A stretch of DNA of 64,000 nt from Blastocystis sp. Blastoise. Its lineage: Eukaryota > Protista > Bigyra: Opalinata. The stretch lies in the NCBI GenBank assembly GCA_039096225.1, contig JBBPEB010000023.1:1-64000 (forward strand), given 5' to 3'. Positions 44,381 through 62,573 of this stretch are shown piece by piece; the first letter of the stretch is position 1, and every line of letters starts with the position of its first letter. The notes below the pieces were generated by a model. It made no database searches and was not told the origin of the DNA. It saw only the letters and a list, made by a program, of their open reading frames with translations. The position numbers were made by a program, and so were the translations under genes.

Positions 44381-45113
44381 ATTCTTATATTATATTTATA
44401 TAATTATTATTAATTCTATTTATATAATTATTATTAATTCTATTTATATATAAATATACAAAAGCAATACAGAAAATGAATGGTTCTTTCGTATCAATTT
44501 GACCAAAAGTAGCAACATTGTAAATTTAATTAAAGAAATATATATATAATAATATATATACATAATAAACTACATATAAAATAAAGCAAAACAAATAATA
44601 ACAATAACAATAATAACAAAAGATATAGGATTATTCCAATCAAGAATATTGACAATTCCAGAAAGACTACTTGTAGCAATTCCAGTACCATCTGGAGTAA
44701 ATGCAAGAGACCATAATTCAGTAGGTCCTACTGATAAGACTTTAATAACTTTTGCTATATATACAAATAAACAAATAAATTATTTTTTTGAATTAATTAT
44801 TTATATTCATACATTCAGAAAGACTATAAAAACGAATGTTGCCATCCATAGAACTTGTTGCAATAATATCTTCCTTAGGATGAGCAGCAACAGAAACAAT
44901 ACTCAACTGATGAGGATTTGAAGAAATAATCTTATAATCTGAACCCCACACTTTCATAGTCTCGTCGACAGATCCAGTAATTAAATGTCCATCTTTATCA
45001 AAAGTAGAACACCAAATGGCATCTTCATGAGCTTTGGGATGCTCTTCAAAAATTTGAAACTAGAATGTGGCTAGAGAATAGACTAATAAAAAAAATAATA
45101 CTTGTGCATTCAT
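43519..45113 (-). CDS. WDR61: WD40 protein WDR61/SKI8; 7 exons
   Basis: AHEDAIW, LITGSVDETMKVW, HQLSIVSV, TSSMDGNIR, GPTELWSLAFTPDG, GHMGWIF, SSDKTVKIWD. Confidence 0.88.
44520..44626 (-). other. U12-type AT-AC intron (107 nt)
   Basis: 5' ATATCTTTT, branch-like TTCTTTAAT, 3' TTTAC; splicing gives VNILDWNNP|NVATFGQIDT. Confidence 0.85.
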
Positions 45114-45796
45114 TCTCTATTTATTTAAATAATAAAGCAACTTTGGATTTTAAAAAGTAATTTTCATTTTCTTGATTATCTCAGAAAATTGTTTATTCTT
45201 TTTTGTAAAACTTTTTTGTAACCAAATTTCTTCAAAATATTTTTTTAAAAGAATGATATAATGATAATAAAATTCAATATGTGGATAATATTACCCTAGA
45301 ACTCTAGACAAGCTAAGAATCGTTTATTTTCTTATCAAATTTGAGCTTTCAAATTACCAAAATGGCAAGAAACACAATATTGAATATGCTGTGAATAATC
45401 ACAATAAAATTAAAAACTTTCCATACACTATTCTCTTATTTATATGGACCTAAATTGTGTATTACAAAAATTTATTTTCATTTATTGTATATTAACAGCT
45501 TAATTATATTCTTATTACTCTGTTGTTCAATATGAGATCGTCGTAAACAAAACAGGATGATGAAAAAAAAAGTAATATATTGAATAAATGTTAAAAAAGA
45601 AAAAAAGAAGTATATTCTTATGAGAATACTGATTAGACCGAAAAAAATAAAACAAAATAAATAATAATGATGACAGATTGTAAGAAAAAAAATGAAAATA
45701 AGAAATCATTCGAATAAAGTATACACAAAGGAAGAAGAAAAGTGATGAATTGTTTGAGAAGAAGATAAAAGTAATTGAAATTAATATTGAAATTGA

Positions 45797-45930
45797 TGGA
45801 AACTATATGAATATTTTTCTTATAGAGAAAGAAAATAATGGAATCTATATGAATATTTTCCTATAGAGAAAGAAAATAATGGAATTTATATGAATATTTT
45901 TCTTGTAGAGAAAGAACATAATGGATCCTA
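45797..45930. repeat. ~41-bp tandem repeat x3, intergenic
   Basis: atggaa..tatatgaatatttt.ct.tagagaaagaaaata repeated. Confidence 0.85.
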
Positions 45931-46609
45931 TAGTTAAATAAATAAAAATGTATGTATAAATTGTAAATATATGTATTAATCTTGTTATATAAATATATTA
46001 GAAAAATATAATAAATTCAAGTAATAAAAATTAAAAAGGAAGGCTAAAAGATATGTATTGATTAGTACTTTGAAAAGTGTAAAAAATACATATAATTATA
46101 AATATATAAATTAAAAAAAAAAATTAAAAATAATGACTAACTATACATATGAGAACGAAAAAAAAACCAGAAAAAAGAGGAAAACTTTTAAAAAGAAAGA
46201 AGAATATTGAATATTGATAATATATACGTATAGAGATAGTATGTATCTTATATATATATAATGAAATGAAAATAAAAATATAGAGTACAGAGCAGCGAAT
46301 ATCTTTTCCTGAAGATTATATTTATATGTAATACATATACAAGTGGCTTGTTATAAATATATACAAATGATTAAAAAAAACAAATAAAATATATTGAAAA
46401 AATATATATATCCATTGAAAAAGAAGAAAATTATATGTAGAAAGTAATAAAAATAGAAAATAGAAAAAAAAAGGAAATAAAAGAGAAGAAAATAGAAAAT
46501 AAAAAGGAAATAAAAAGAAGAAAATAATAAATAAAAAGAAGAAAATAGAAAATATTAAAAAAATAAAAATAAAAATAAAATAAAATACAAAAATAAATAC
46601 ATAATAGAA

Positions 46610-49854
<3,245 letters not shown>

Positions 49855-50363
49855 TGTGCAGTATTGATGAGATTATCTATTTAAAATAACCTTTCCCTAT
49901 AATTTATCACTATAAATTAATTGGAAAATAGTCAACTATCAATACAAATAGTACTTTAAAAAAGAAAAAGTTGAATCGAACGTTCCCCAATAAAAATTTC
50001 AAAAAAATAGCACATTAATGATATATATCCACGGATATCGTATTTATTTGCTTGTTTCTTGAACATTTTTTTGAAACACTATACGATTAATCATGAGAAT
50101 TCTGAACTATTTTTTGAATAGAGTCAATATCAAATAAATAACCCTTAATAATTGGGTTATAAAATTACAATAAACTGTAAGAAAATCAGAATCGCAAAAA
50201 AAATAAAAATAGAACCCCTCATATCCTGAAAAAGCCTTTTTTATATTCACGAGAATATATTATTTACGTCTTATTTCGGGATTTTTTGATAAAAAGAGTT
50301 GAATAAACTTAAAGTGTTTGTCTTTCGTTATATTCTTTTTAATTCAAAGACATAGAAGTATAA

Positions 50364-53225
50364 ATGGAATCCTCTAGTCGTGCAAAGGATCTTGTAGCAA
50401 GAAGAAAGCGTTTAGAAGAACTTCGTGCATTAAGAAATGGTTTTAGTACTGCGTATGTTGTTATTTATACTGTTTTTAAATAGGATATGAATTATGAAAT
50501 CTATGTTCGTATATATAGTCAAACAACTGCAGTTACTACGTCAGAATCTATAGATAATCTTGTTAAGGAAATCAAAGAATCTGCACCAAAGAATGCAGTT
50601 GAAATAGAAAAACTTGCGCAAAATGTTGAAACTGTGTCCTCTATTAAATCTAAGCTTGATAGTTTGAAAGAAGTATATATATATTTTTTATCTTTATTCA
50701 AGTAATCATTTTATTATAAAATTATTATAATATGATTCTAAAATTATTCAAGTATTATTTGATATCATTAAGACATTGAACTATTTTATATTTATTGTAG
50801 GAAGAAAATTTAATTTCTTTATCGATTCCTCCTACAATCGTTGAACGTTATCAGAAAACTATTCAAACAAAACCTATTGAGAATGAAACTGTTGATGAGA
50901 ATCTTTTTGATCCTTCAAAAGAATTCTTAGCTAGACAACAGAATAAATCAAAATTACGAACAAGTTCTCAAGGCATTTCTAGAAGAAGTCAAATGTATAA
51001 TAGTCTTGATTCAACTATTGTTCCTAAAGAAAATACATGTATATTTATGTTATTATTCTATATTTAGTTGCTATTTTATTTATTTTTTGTTTTATTTATT
51101 TATTATTATATTTATTGTTTTATTTATTTTTTGTCTTATTTATTTATTATTATATATAATATAAATAATATATATAGTATCAAGTATTGTAGATGATAGT
51201 ACTAGACGTACTTATCTCTCTTCTTCTTCTTTAAATGAATTTGTAATATCCTCAAGTAGAATTGTTGAACGTGTTCTTTCAAATGTCGAAGAATATGATC
51301 CTCTTGTATATTTATTTTATTATTATTTATTTTTATTATTTGTTTTTATTATTTATTTTTATTATTTATTTTTATTATTTATTTTTATTATTTATTTTTA
51401 TTATTTGTTTTTATTATTTATGTTTATTATTTATGTTTATTATTTATTTTTATTATTATTTATTTTTATTTTAATTTAATTATTTCTATATTCTATTATT
51501 ATTATTATTATTTATTTTTATATATTAAATGTATATAGAATGATTATACACAAGATATTAATAAATTATCAGGTGGTAATGAACAAGTATGTTATTATAC
51601 TTATATTTATTGTTATTATAATACTATAGTTAAATATACTTGGTTCATTCTATGCGGATAGTATATGCAGAAAACGTGCTGTAACATCAATTGATTGGTC
51701 ACCTCATCATAAAGAATTATTCTTAGCCAGTTATAATCAACAATTATCAGACTCCGAACAATGGAATGTATATATATTGGTATTATATAATAATATAATC
51801 ATAATAATCATAATCATAATCATAATCATAATCCTAATAATTCTATATATAGTCTCTTAACAATGCTTCAGCTGATGGTTGTATATGTATCTGGAATATG
51901 AATATGCCCACTAGATATGAATCTATCTTTACTTCTTCTTCTCCTGTATTATGTGCTGCATTTCATCCTTATAATAGTTATTTATTATATGGAGGTTGCT
52001 ATAATGGTAAACTACTTATGTGGGATGTAAGACAAAAAGCTATTCCTATTAATAAGAGTGATATTCGTAAATCAGGTCATACACATCCTATTTATAGGTA
52101 TATATATTAGTTATTTATATATTTATTTATTATAATTATGATTATTTTTTATCCTAATAGAATACTATATATATGTCTAATAACTATACTCTATTTAGTA
52201 TTGGTTTTACCGGTCCTTCTTCTTCTTGTAATATAATTACTGCTTCTACTGATGGTACTGTATGTCTCTGGAATCCCGAACAAATTATTGAACCTAATTA
52301 TGCCACACCTCTTACTGTTGCTACTTCTGAGAAATCAACTACAACAACAGATGTTGGTGTCACGTGCCTTTCCGTACCAGATACGGATTCGTCATATTTT
52401 TATGTTGGTTCTGAAGACGGTAAGTTACATTCCGTACAAATTGGTGGTAATAAAGCTAGTATTACTAATAGTGTTCCTCTACATACAACTCCTATATTAT
52501 CTATGTCTAGTCATCCTAATAAAACAAATCAATTAAAAGTATTAGGTGATTTATTATTAACATGCTCTATGGACTGGACGGTCAAATTATGGAGACCTTC
52601 TGTATATATAGTTTATTATTATTTATTATTTATTATTTATTATTTATTATTTATTATTTATTATTTATTATTTATTATTTATTATTTATTATTTATTATT
52701 TATTATTTATTATTTATTATTATTATTTATTATTTATTATTTATTATTTATTATTTATTATTTATTATTATTAATTATATTATTTATTATAATATATTTT
52801 ATAATAGTGTGGTATGGAACCATTATATACATTTGAAACAAGTCGTAATTATGTTTATGGTGTCCATTGGTCTCCCTCTCATCCTTCCTTATTCGCTAGT
52901 TCTACTGGAAATGGAAATGTAGAATTATGGAATATTGCGGATTCTGTTGAAGTATATATATATATATATAATTAATATAAATATATATATATATATAAAT
53001 ATATATATATAATTAATATAAATATACTTTTAGCATCCTGTAACAACTAAAAAAGTATCTGAAAGAGCTATTAATTGTATTAAATTCAATGAAAATGGAC
53101 GTAAAATCGCTTGTGGTGATTCTGCTGGTTATATTCATTTATTGGATGTTAAAGCTGAAACGGCTGAGGCACGTGCGGATGAACTTGCAAGATTACAACA
53201 AGCTCTAGATTCTATGAATATGTAA
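50364..53225 (+). CDS. Cytoplasmic dynein intermediate chain (WD40); 10 exons
   Basis: RRKRLEELR, YQKTIQT, SSRIVERVL, RAVTSIDWSPHHKELFLASYN, GHTHPIY, CSMDWTVKLW, WSPSHPSLFAS. Confidence 0.92.
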
Positions 53226-53845
53226 TTCTATTCTATTTCTATATAACACTATACTAGTTATCCTTATATATTTAAATTTAAAAAATATTTTTGTTGTTTC
53301 TATCTTTGCTTTATATATATTTATGTTTTTTTTTCTAGTCTACTGATTTTTATTTTCAAAATTATTATATCTTCATCTATCCTATTATTCTTTTTCTAAC
53401 TTTTTACTTTTATTCATTCAATATATATCTATATATAAAGCAAATCTTGTTTTCTATTTATATATTAGTATTCATTTCTATCTATTTTTATTTTGTTTTT
53501 TTTAAATCAAAAAAAAAAAAAAAAAAATATATCTATAACCAGTTAATCTTTCCATTATTTAAAAAAACAACAACAACTTATAAATATTTTTTTATACCAT
53601 TTATATAAAAAATTATAAATAGTAAATGTTTAATATAAAAAAGTGAATAGATATAGTTTATACTGGATCATGTTGATTGAAAATAAATGATTATGTTTGA
53701 GTAAAGTATATTATAGTAGAATAGTAGTAGAGATAACAATTTAAATTCTATAACTATAAAAAAAAATATAAATTATTACATTACACTATAAAAATTTCAT
53801 CATATAAAAAAAGAACTGTAAAATATACATTTAAAATAAATTCAT

Positions 53846-54728
53846 TTATTCTAAATCATTGTTAATCTTCTTAGGAACAGCAGGTCTCCAGAAACTCTTA
53901 TAAATTTATTTTATATATATTATGTTATAATAATAATAAAAATAAATATAATAATTATAAAAAAAATATAGAATAAAAAAAAAACAATAAAACATACTTA
54001 ATAGCTTCAGTAACACCCTTTGATTTAGTATTATAGTAAAGAAGTCCGAGAATAGCAACAAGAGTAAGAAGAGTTGTACCAATACGGAAACCCTTTTGCC
54101 AACCCTATATATATAAATTTATATATATATTTATTATATATCCTAATAATATATATCATATACAAAAATATTTAAAAAAAAAACATTTAATAAATAAAAA
54201 AAAAAACATACCTTAGGCCAGTAATCACTGTAAATATGACTCATACCAATACAACCATGCATAGGATATAAAATAGCAAGAACATAATCAAGAGGAAGCT
54301 ATATAAATTATATATATATAAATCTTAATATTTTATTAAATATCGATTATTAAGATAAGATTCATATATAAATAATAAGATTAAGAATTTAAAATATATT
54401 TACACTATAAAAATAAAATGAAAAATGAAAAAAAAAAAACATAAATTTAAATAAAAATAAAACATAGACACCAAGCATTAGGAAGAACGAAAGCAAGAGG
54501 AGTAACAACAGCAAGAGTTAATTGAGAATAATGGAATATTTTTTCATGTAAGTTAGTACCATCACAATTCCAAAGACCTTCCCAAAGAGAAGCAGGCTTA
54601 GCAGGAGAAGAATAGTTGTAAGGAGTGTGAAGAGATCTGCTGAAGACTTGAGCAGCAGGAGCAGTAGCTCTAATACTACGAATAGCAGTCTTTTGAGTTA
54701 AACGGAGAGCAGTAAGAGTGTAAGACAT
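53846..54728 (-). CDS. SDH4: Succinate dehydrogenase small membrane anchor SDH4/CybS; 4 exons
   Basis: Targeting-like N-terminus; PLAFVL..LPLDYVLA..PMHGCIGMSHIYSDY..GVTEAIK.FW. Two junctions are irregular. Confidence 0.85.
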
Positions 54729-55394
54729 GATTACAACAACTGGCGGACTATAGAACCTATGAAATAATATACATAACAAAAAAAAAACATAGAAAACTTC
54801 TCTGTAGATCTCTTTGGGTGAAAAGCTATAAATCTCTTCAAACAAAATATATGAATTCTCCAAAAAATGACTTTTTCTTATATTCCAACGTGAAAACTTC
54901 AATCATAAATACCGATTCCATGCAATTATCATCATTTTTTCTCCATGATTTCGTAAATAATCATGATTATTTATTTTGTTTCGTTCACTTTTCTTAGAAT
55001 ACCTTTTTTCCCTCTTATAAATCTTTTATTATTTTTTTCTATTGCATTTAAACGCTATGATTAAGATTCAGCCTTAATTGCTTATGTCAAAAATACAATC
55101 CTATTTGTGAATTACAAATGCCAACAATCATTGATTCTATTAAAAGCAATAATAGTATTATTTTTACACTCTTCAAGTTCTGAACAAGTTATATCCTCAA
55201 TTATTATTTTAAAAAACGACATTCAAGTATTTAATTATTAAATAATGTGTATATAAATACACAAATATCATCATTTGAAAACATTAAACACAAAATAAAC
55301 TTATTAAGAATAAAAATAAAACAAATCATCAATTATTTTTAAAAAATGAGAATAGAAAATTGAAAATGGAGAAGAGATACTATATGATTAGGAA

Positions 55395-56285
55395 TTATTG
55401 ATTTCCTTTAAATTGAAATTTCTTTAATTTCTGAATTAGTTCTTCATATTGAGCTATAGATATACTATTTTGTGTACATTTATTAAAAGCACTTAATAAA
55501 TATAAAGAATGATATAAAGCACTATATTGCGTAGCATCAGCTGCTTCTATATAGATTTATTATTATGTTTATTATATGTAAAATATTAATTATATGTTTA
55601 TTATATGTAAATTATTCTATTTATTATAACTCTAATTTTCATTATAATAATATATAATAAATATATATACGTCCATAATGAATATTTTGTATACATCTTG
55701 AAATCATTTCAGAATTTCGATTTAACATTTTCTTCACTTCATCATCTCTTAATATATACATATTTGGATCATTTGGATTTGGAGTCAATTGAGGCTATAT
55801 ATTATATATATATATATCATTATTTTTTTTTATTATATAAATAATTAAAAAAAAACTAAATATCCTAACAATAAAATATTAAAATATACTATATAAGGAG
55901 AAACGTATTGTTGAATGGGTTTTATATTAGGATCAGATATAGCATTAGGATTTTGGATAGAAGGATTATTTTGCTGTTGTTGTAATTGTTGTCGTTGTAA
56001 TTGCATTTGTTGTTGAACTTGCTGAACTTGTTGTTGTTGAACTTGCTGAACTTGTTGTTGTTGAATCTGTTGTTGTTGTTGAATCTGCTGTTGTTGTTGC
56101 TGTTGTTGTAACAACTGCTGTTGCAACAACTGTTGCTGATGTTGTACATTTCGTTGTTCTACGGACATAGTATTCATCTGATTCATTGAAGACATAGGTT
56201 CATAGGATACTCTTTGATTCATTTCTTGAGACACTGGTTGTGGTATAGAAGAATAAGAAGAATTATTATTTCCTTGAGCAAACAT
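55395..56285 (-). CDS. Gln-rich protein with SSXT(SS18/GIF)-like segment; 3 exons
   Basis: PolyQ, then VKKMLNRNSEMISRCIQNIHYGQAADATQY, resembling SSXT QKMLDEN..LIQCI..G...CTQY. Confidence 0.6.
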
Positions 56286-57146
56286 TGTTCTCTATCAATA
56301 GAATGAACTCTCTACTATTATAAATTAAAATTTAACTACCTTTTATTCAAAAAATATATATTTTTTTATACCGGCTTTTCCTCTATATACATAATTCATT
56401 CATCTTCTTAAAATAATTCTCACGAATATTTATATTTGTTCCACTAGAATTTAATGTTATTTCACGGTTATTCAAAGTCTAGTTCCTTAATGAATCTCTT
56501 TTCTTTTTCTTCTTTTTTTTTAAATTCACTATTTTTCACATTTTTTACAGTCTTTATATTCATATTCTTTTATTTTTTATATACCACAACTCATTTTCAT
56601 CAAAAATATCATTTACAGAATCAACTTTAAAAACATATATAGTATACTCTTCTTCTCTTTATGTCTTTTTTTCAACAACTTTCAAATGATTTATTATTCA
56701 CATAGAACAACTCTCTCCCTGTTAATATATATTTCCTTCTAGTATACTTTTATAAAAGTAATAAATAATAAAAATATATATAATAAAAAAATATATAATA
56801 AAAAAAACATATGAAAAAAATACATAAAAAAAACATATAATAAGAGAATAAAAAAAAATCGGTTGTCAAAAGAGGAAAAGAAATAACAAGAGAGAAATGT
56901 CGCATTTTTTATTTATTTTGCATCATTCTATATTGTTGCAATCTCTCTATATAAAGTATATATTAATATACTTACAGTCATTCTCGATATGAAATTATAT
57001 ATATATTTATGTCATTTACTTATTCTTCTTCTTTTATGAAAACCTTTGTTTTTCTTCAATTATTTACATATATTTCATGTTTCTACATAGGATTACTCTA
57101 CTAATTATCTTACAAATATCAAAGAACATCTTATAAACAGTATACC

Positions 57147-59403
57147 ATGTCGAAACGACAACTTGATGAATTAGAAATCGAACTAAGTGACGAAGATACA
57201 CCTATAGAAAATGTATATTATGCTACCTTGTTCATTACTAACTATAAATCTATCAAAATCTAGCTCTTTAAACTTGTTGTTCTCCCTAAAAAGAAGAAAA
57301 AACAATCCAAAGTTACTGAAGGAGAGGGGAAGTATATAAAGAATACATTTTTATTTTCTTCTTTTTCATTTATTTACGTTCCATACAATTATATTCACTT
57401 TCTTGATTCTTAAATATCTTACATCCCTTCTTATTGAATAGTTATCCACATCGACCAAGTCGAGAAGGTCTTGAATTTAATGCAATTGTCCCCGAATGGA
57501 AAGGTCAACCACAACTATCAGATCTAGGATACATATCAAAATCAAATACATATGGCTCAGGTAACCCAAAAGTTGTTCTAACGTTTAAAGAAGAAATGAT
57601 GTTTATGCCTAATCAACTAACAGAAGAAGAATGTGATTCTCTTTTAACTGAATGTATGAAGAATGGATTTACAAACAAAGATCTTATTTTCTTAATACTT
57701 CATAAGAATCATTATGATATTAACAACACTCTTGAAGTCATAAAAACTGTATTTATATATTAAATTTATTTTATTTTATATATGTAATTTGATTATTGTT
57801 AAATCATCTACATAATTGTTATTTTATCAATTTTTGTTAAATAAATCTAGTTATTAGAACCTCAATATCATCCATTGGTCAATCCTATTTTAGATATACC
57901 TAATAATATAGTTGATAATATAAATGAAAATGATTGCTTATGTCCTTGTCATATATGTATAGATATATATATATAATAAATGTGTTTTTTTAATTTTTGT
58001 TCATCTATATATTTCTTTTTTCAATTACATAATTACTAATTATATATATGAATAGATTCCCCGCGAATCTATGGAAAACGATCACTTCCACGTGAAACAT
58101 TTAGTAATAAATGGGGCATGCATATGCTAAATAGACTAGGAAGTATATATATAATATTTATTATTAAAAATAGATATATATATAGTTGATACACATTTTC
58201 TAAAGAAATTCTTCGATGATAAAATTATTGATGTATATATTTATAGTTTTTAATTTATAATGATTTATTATTTTTATATATTTATTTTATTATATTAATT
58301 ATATACTCTATTAGTATAGTATATTATACTATATTATACTATATTATACAGTTTTATACTATATTATATTATATTCTACTATATTGTATTATATTGTATT
58401 ATATTATATTATGCAATTTTATACATTTTTATACTATATTATATTATATTATACTATATTATACTATATTATATTATATTATACTATATTATATTATATT
58501 ATACTATATTATACTATATTATATTCTATCTATCTATATCTATATATATATAACTATATATAGACAGATGTATGTGGTATTTGTGGTGAACCTGGGTATT
58601 TATTAATATGTGATGGAGGGTGTAATCAAAGTTATCACTTAAAATGTCTGAATCTCACTGAAATACCCAATACTGATACGTATATATGTCCCGCATGTGA
58701 AGCAAAACGAAAAGAACGTAATAATAATCACGGGAAGAACGGATATAATGGAAATCATACTAAATCAAATTATTCTAATAATAATCATACAAAAGTAGCA
58801 AATACAAATAATAATGTACATTTTGACTCCAATAACCGCGGGGATGCTCCAAATAATTCTCATGAAGAATCTGAAGAATTGGATATTAATGATATTAGCT
58901 CTGAAAATGATAGTGTTTCATCTCCTCGAGACACAAATAACGAGGCGAATAATGTGTCTGAAGCTAACCAATCTAATGACGAATATACAGAATCTGGAGA
59001 GTTTTTGATTGGTAAATCGTATCTTCCAAAGAAATTTATGGGTCAAAAATTTCCAAATCATTTTACTATTAATAAAAAAATATTGAGTCCCGCGGGAATA
59101 GCGCATATTGATTATATTGATCGAATTGTTAATTTACTTCGTATTGGTGCAAAATTGTATTTATATATTATTTTATATATTATTTTATTTATATATTATT
59201 TTATTTATATATTATTATATTTATTATTATTATATTTATTATTATTGTTTTAAATATAGGCCAAATAAATATACTCATTGTTGTTTTAATACAAAATGTA
59301 AATTTTTATTTCAAAAACGAAAATCAGTTCTTTTACATATTAATTATAATCATAAAGCTGTAGTTGAAGATATTAAAAGACAACTTTATCTTGCGTATAT
59401 ATA

Positions 59404-59500
<97 letters not shown>

Positions 59501-60601
59501 CAAATTATTATTATTATTATTATTACATGTTCTATATAGGAATAATAACGTTATTACAACAGTATATAAATATATAATATATACATATTATTATATGTTA
59601 TATATATATTATATATATAGAATTTAGAGTGTTGTTGTCCTATTCCTGCGTGTGGTCGAATCACTTCTTCTCTTCAAGGGACTATGAATCATTTAGGATT
59701 ATATCATTTCTTAAGGAAGAAGAATTATATTGTAAAGAATGGAATAGTAACCATACCAAAAGATATATTACAATCAATGACTTTAATCGAAGAACATCAT
59801 TATGTATATGAACCAAATAAACGAATCAGTGACGCACATCGAAAATCTCTTAAAGAAAAACGAAATTTAAAGAAATTAAAAAATAAGAAAAAAATTAATA
59901 TGAAGAAAAATAAACAGAATGTGTCAAAAAAAAGTAGCAATAATAGTGAAGAAGATGATAATAATAATAGTGAAGAAGATGATAGTAATAATAGCGAAGA
60001 TGATGAAGATAATAATAATGATAGTGAAGAAAATAATAATGATAGTGCAGAAAATAATAATGAAGAAGAAAATAATACAAATAATAATGAAGAAGAAACT
60101 GAAAATGAAGAAGAAGATAATAATATAGATAATGAAGAAGAAACTGAAAATGAAGAAGAAAATAATACAGATAATAATGAAGAAGAAACTGAAAATGAAG
60201 ATGAAGAAAATAATATAGATAATGAAGAAGAAACTGAACAAGAAAATAATAATAATAAAAAAGACCAATTTCAAAAGAAGAATCCTAAATATATAAGTAA
60301 GATATTTCCATCAAATAGTTCAATAAAAGAAGAATTATCTGATGATCAAAATATAGAATCTCTTTATAAACATCCTCTTGATAAAACTTCTTCAAAAGTC
60401 AAAAAGAATAATGAAATTAAATTGAAAGTAGAAACTCAAAAAGAAACTCAAAAAGAAACTCAAAAAGAAACTCAAAGAGAAACTCAAAGAGAAACACAAT
60501 CGATACAAAAAAGAAACTCAAAAAGAAAAAACAATAAAAAAGTAACAAAAAGACATAAATATGGTGAAGAAGATGATGATGATGATGAAGATTATCAATA
60601 A
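57147..60601 (+). CDS. Chromatin protein: ELM2-like motif, PHD finger, two C2H2 zinc fingers, acidic E/N tail; 9 coding exons
   Basis: REGLEFNAIVP; CGICGEPGYLLICDGGCNQSYHLKC..CPAC; CFNTKC..H..H; CPIPAC..H..H; stop-free after GT-AG splicing. Confidence 0.85.
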
Positions 60602-61359
60602 TAATAATAATAATAACATATATATATATATATTTTAAAACTTATTCTCTCGTTACTTCTATTTAAATATTCATTTATAAATCACCCTTTTCTATTTCTT
60701 CTTCTTCTTTTTTCCTGTAAATTGTATTTTGTATTCAATTACATATATATATATATTATGAACATGTTTCATTGTAACATTATTGTATATTAAATTATTA
60801 CTCTTTTTATTTTTAATATTTTGTATTTTTATATTTTGAATTTTTCTCTTTTCCTTAAATACAAATATATTCTATAATTATTTGTTTTCTTTATTTTTTT
60901 TGCCTAACTTTTTTTATCATAAAAACCATAAAAGAAATAATCCAATGATTCATACCACTTCTTAACACATATAATTTTATCAGAATATCAACATACTTTC
61001 TTTTAATATAATAGTTATTTAAACTTTATATTTCTATATATACAAATACTCCAAACATAACCCATGATTAATTCATTTATTAAAAAAAAAGAATGTATAA
61101 TGGAAAACATATAAAACAAATAATGGCAATAATAAAGAAAATAAAAAAAAAATACAATTTGTTTTATATATCAATAAAATAAACAACATAAATAAAAAGC
61201 ATTTTTATATAAATTATATTATTATTTTATAATTACATAGGATTTACTTTATAAATTACATACAAAGAACATCTATATAATAAATACATAAAAATAATGA
61301 TAATAGAATACATAAAACCAAATATTATATATATATATACAAAAAAAAAATTTTTTTGA

Positions 61360-62527
61360 TTAAATTTCTTCAGTTGGTGTTTTAGCATCTTCTTCATCAA
61401 TCATTGTTTCTTCTCTTTCCGAACGAATTAAATTTAATCCATAAATAAGTATCTTACCTTTTGCAGTACCTGCTAATAAAGCACGTGTATCGTTAGAAAC
61501 ACAAATTGATTCATATTTTACATTGGTTGGTGCTTGAAGAACAGTATTTAACATAAGATCGGGTAATGTATAAACACAAATAGTTTGATTGGATGCTGCG
61601 AATAACCACGAACTATCTGTTGAAGAACACAAACTGTGAATACGACTAACATCATCACGTGTATATAATAGTGTTCCATTAATATCATAACATAAAATAT
61701 AATTCTTTAATCCATTTATATTAGCACCAACAGCTATTAATAAATATCCTCTCCATGTTGTTAATACACCTCTTACTATATAAGGTATCTTTTTCTCTTT
61801 CTCTTTCTCTCCTTCTTTCTCTGTACTGACAGGTAATTGAGGTAAGTCCTTTGTAACATCAATATTATTCACATAACGACCGTTCGATAAATTGAAGAGA
61901 TATATAATATTATCCTGAGTAGCAGCTACAATCAAATCCAAATCTCTAAAACCATTCACTTGAACAACTATATATATTATTATTATTATTATTATATTAT
62001 TATTATATTATTATTATATTATTATTATATTATTATTATATTATTATTATATTATTATTATATTATTATTATATTTATATATTATATTTCTTATTATTAA
62101 TATATATATATACCTTTAGAAGGTAATCCAAGTAAAATAAGACGAGGTAATACTTCATTTCCTTTCGAACTTCCATTCTTTGATTTACTTGATAAAGCAC
62201 GTGTCAAACGACCTAACATTTTACTACCACTTTGGTTACTATATATATATAATAATAATATATAATAATATATAATAATATATAATAATATATAATAATA
62301 TAATAATATATAATAATATAAATAATATATAATAATATAAATAATATATAATATATACATAGTAGTCTGTTGAGCTAAAGAAACAAGATCCCACACAAGC
62401 ACAAGCCCCTCACGTGTACCCATTATAGCTTCTTTACCATCTTCTGTTAGAGATACACAACTACCAATAACAGCTATATAAGATATATATATATATAATG
62501 AAATAAATAAAAAAATAGATAATAAAA

Positions 62528-62573
<46 letters not shown>

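Noticed and set aside
59108-60274. Short I/L/Y/F-rich ORFs here and throughout the ORF track
   Set aside because: They are intronic microsatellites, or antisense and off-frame shadows of real exons.
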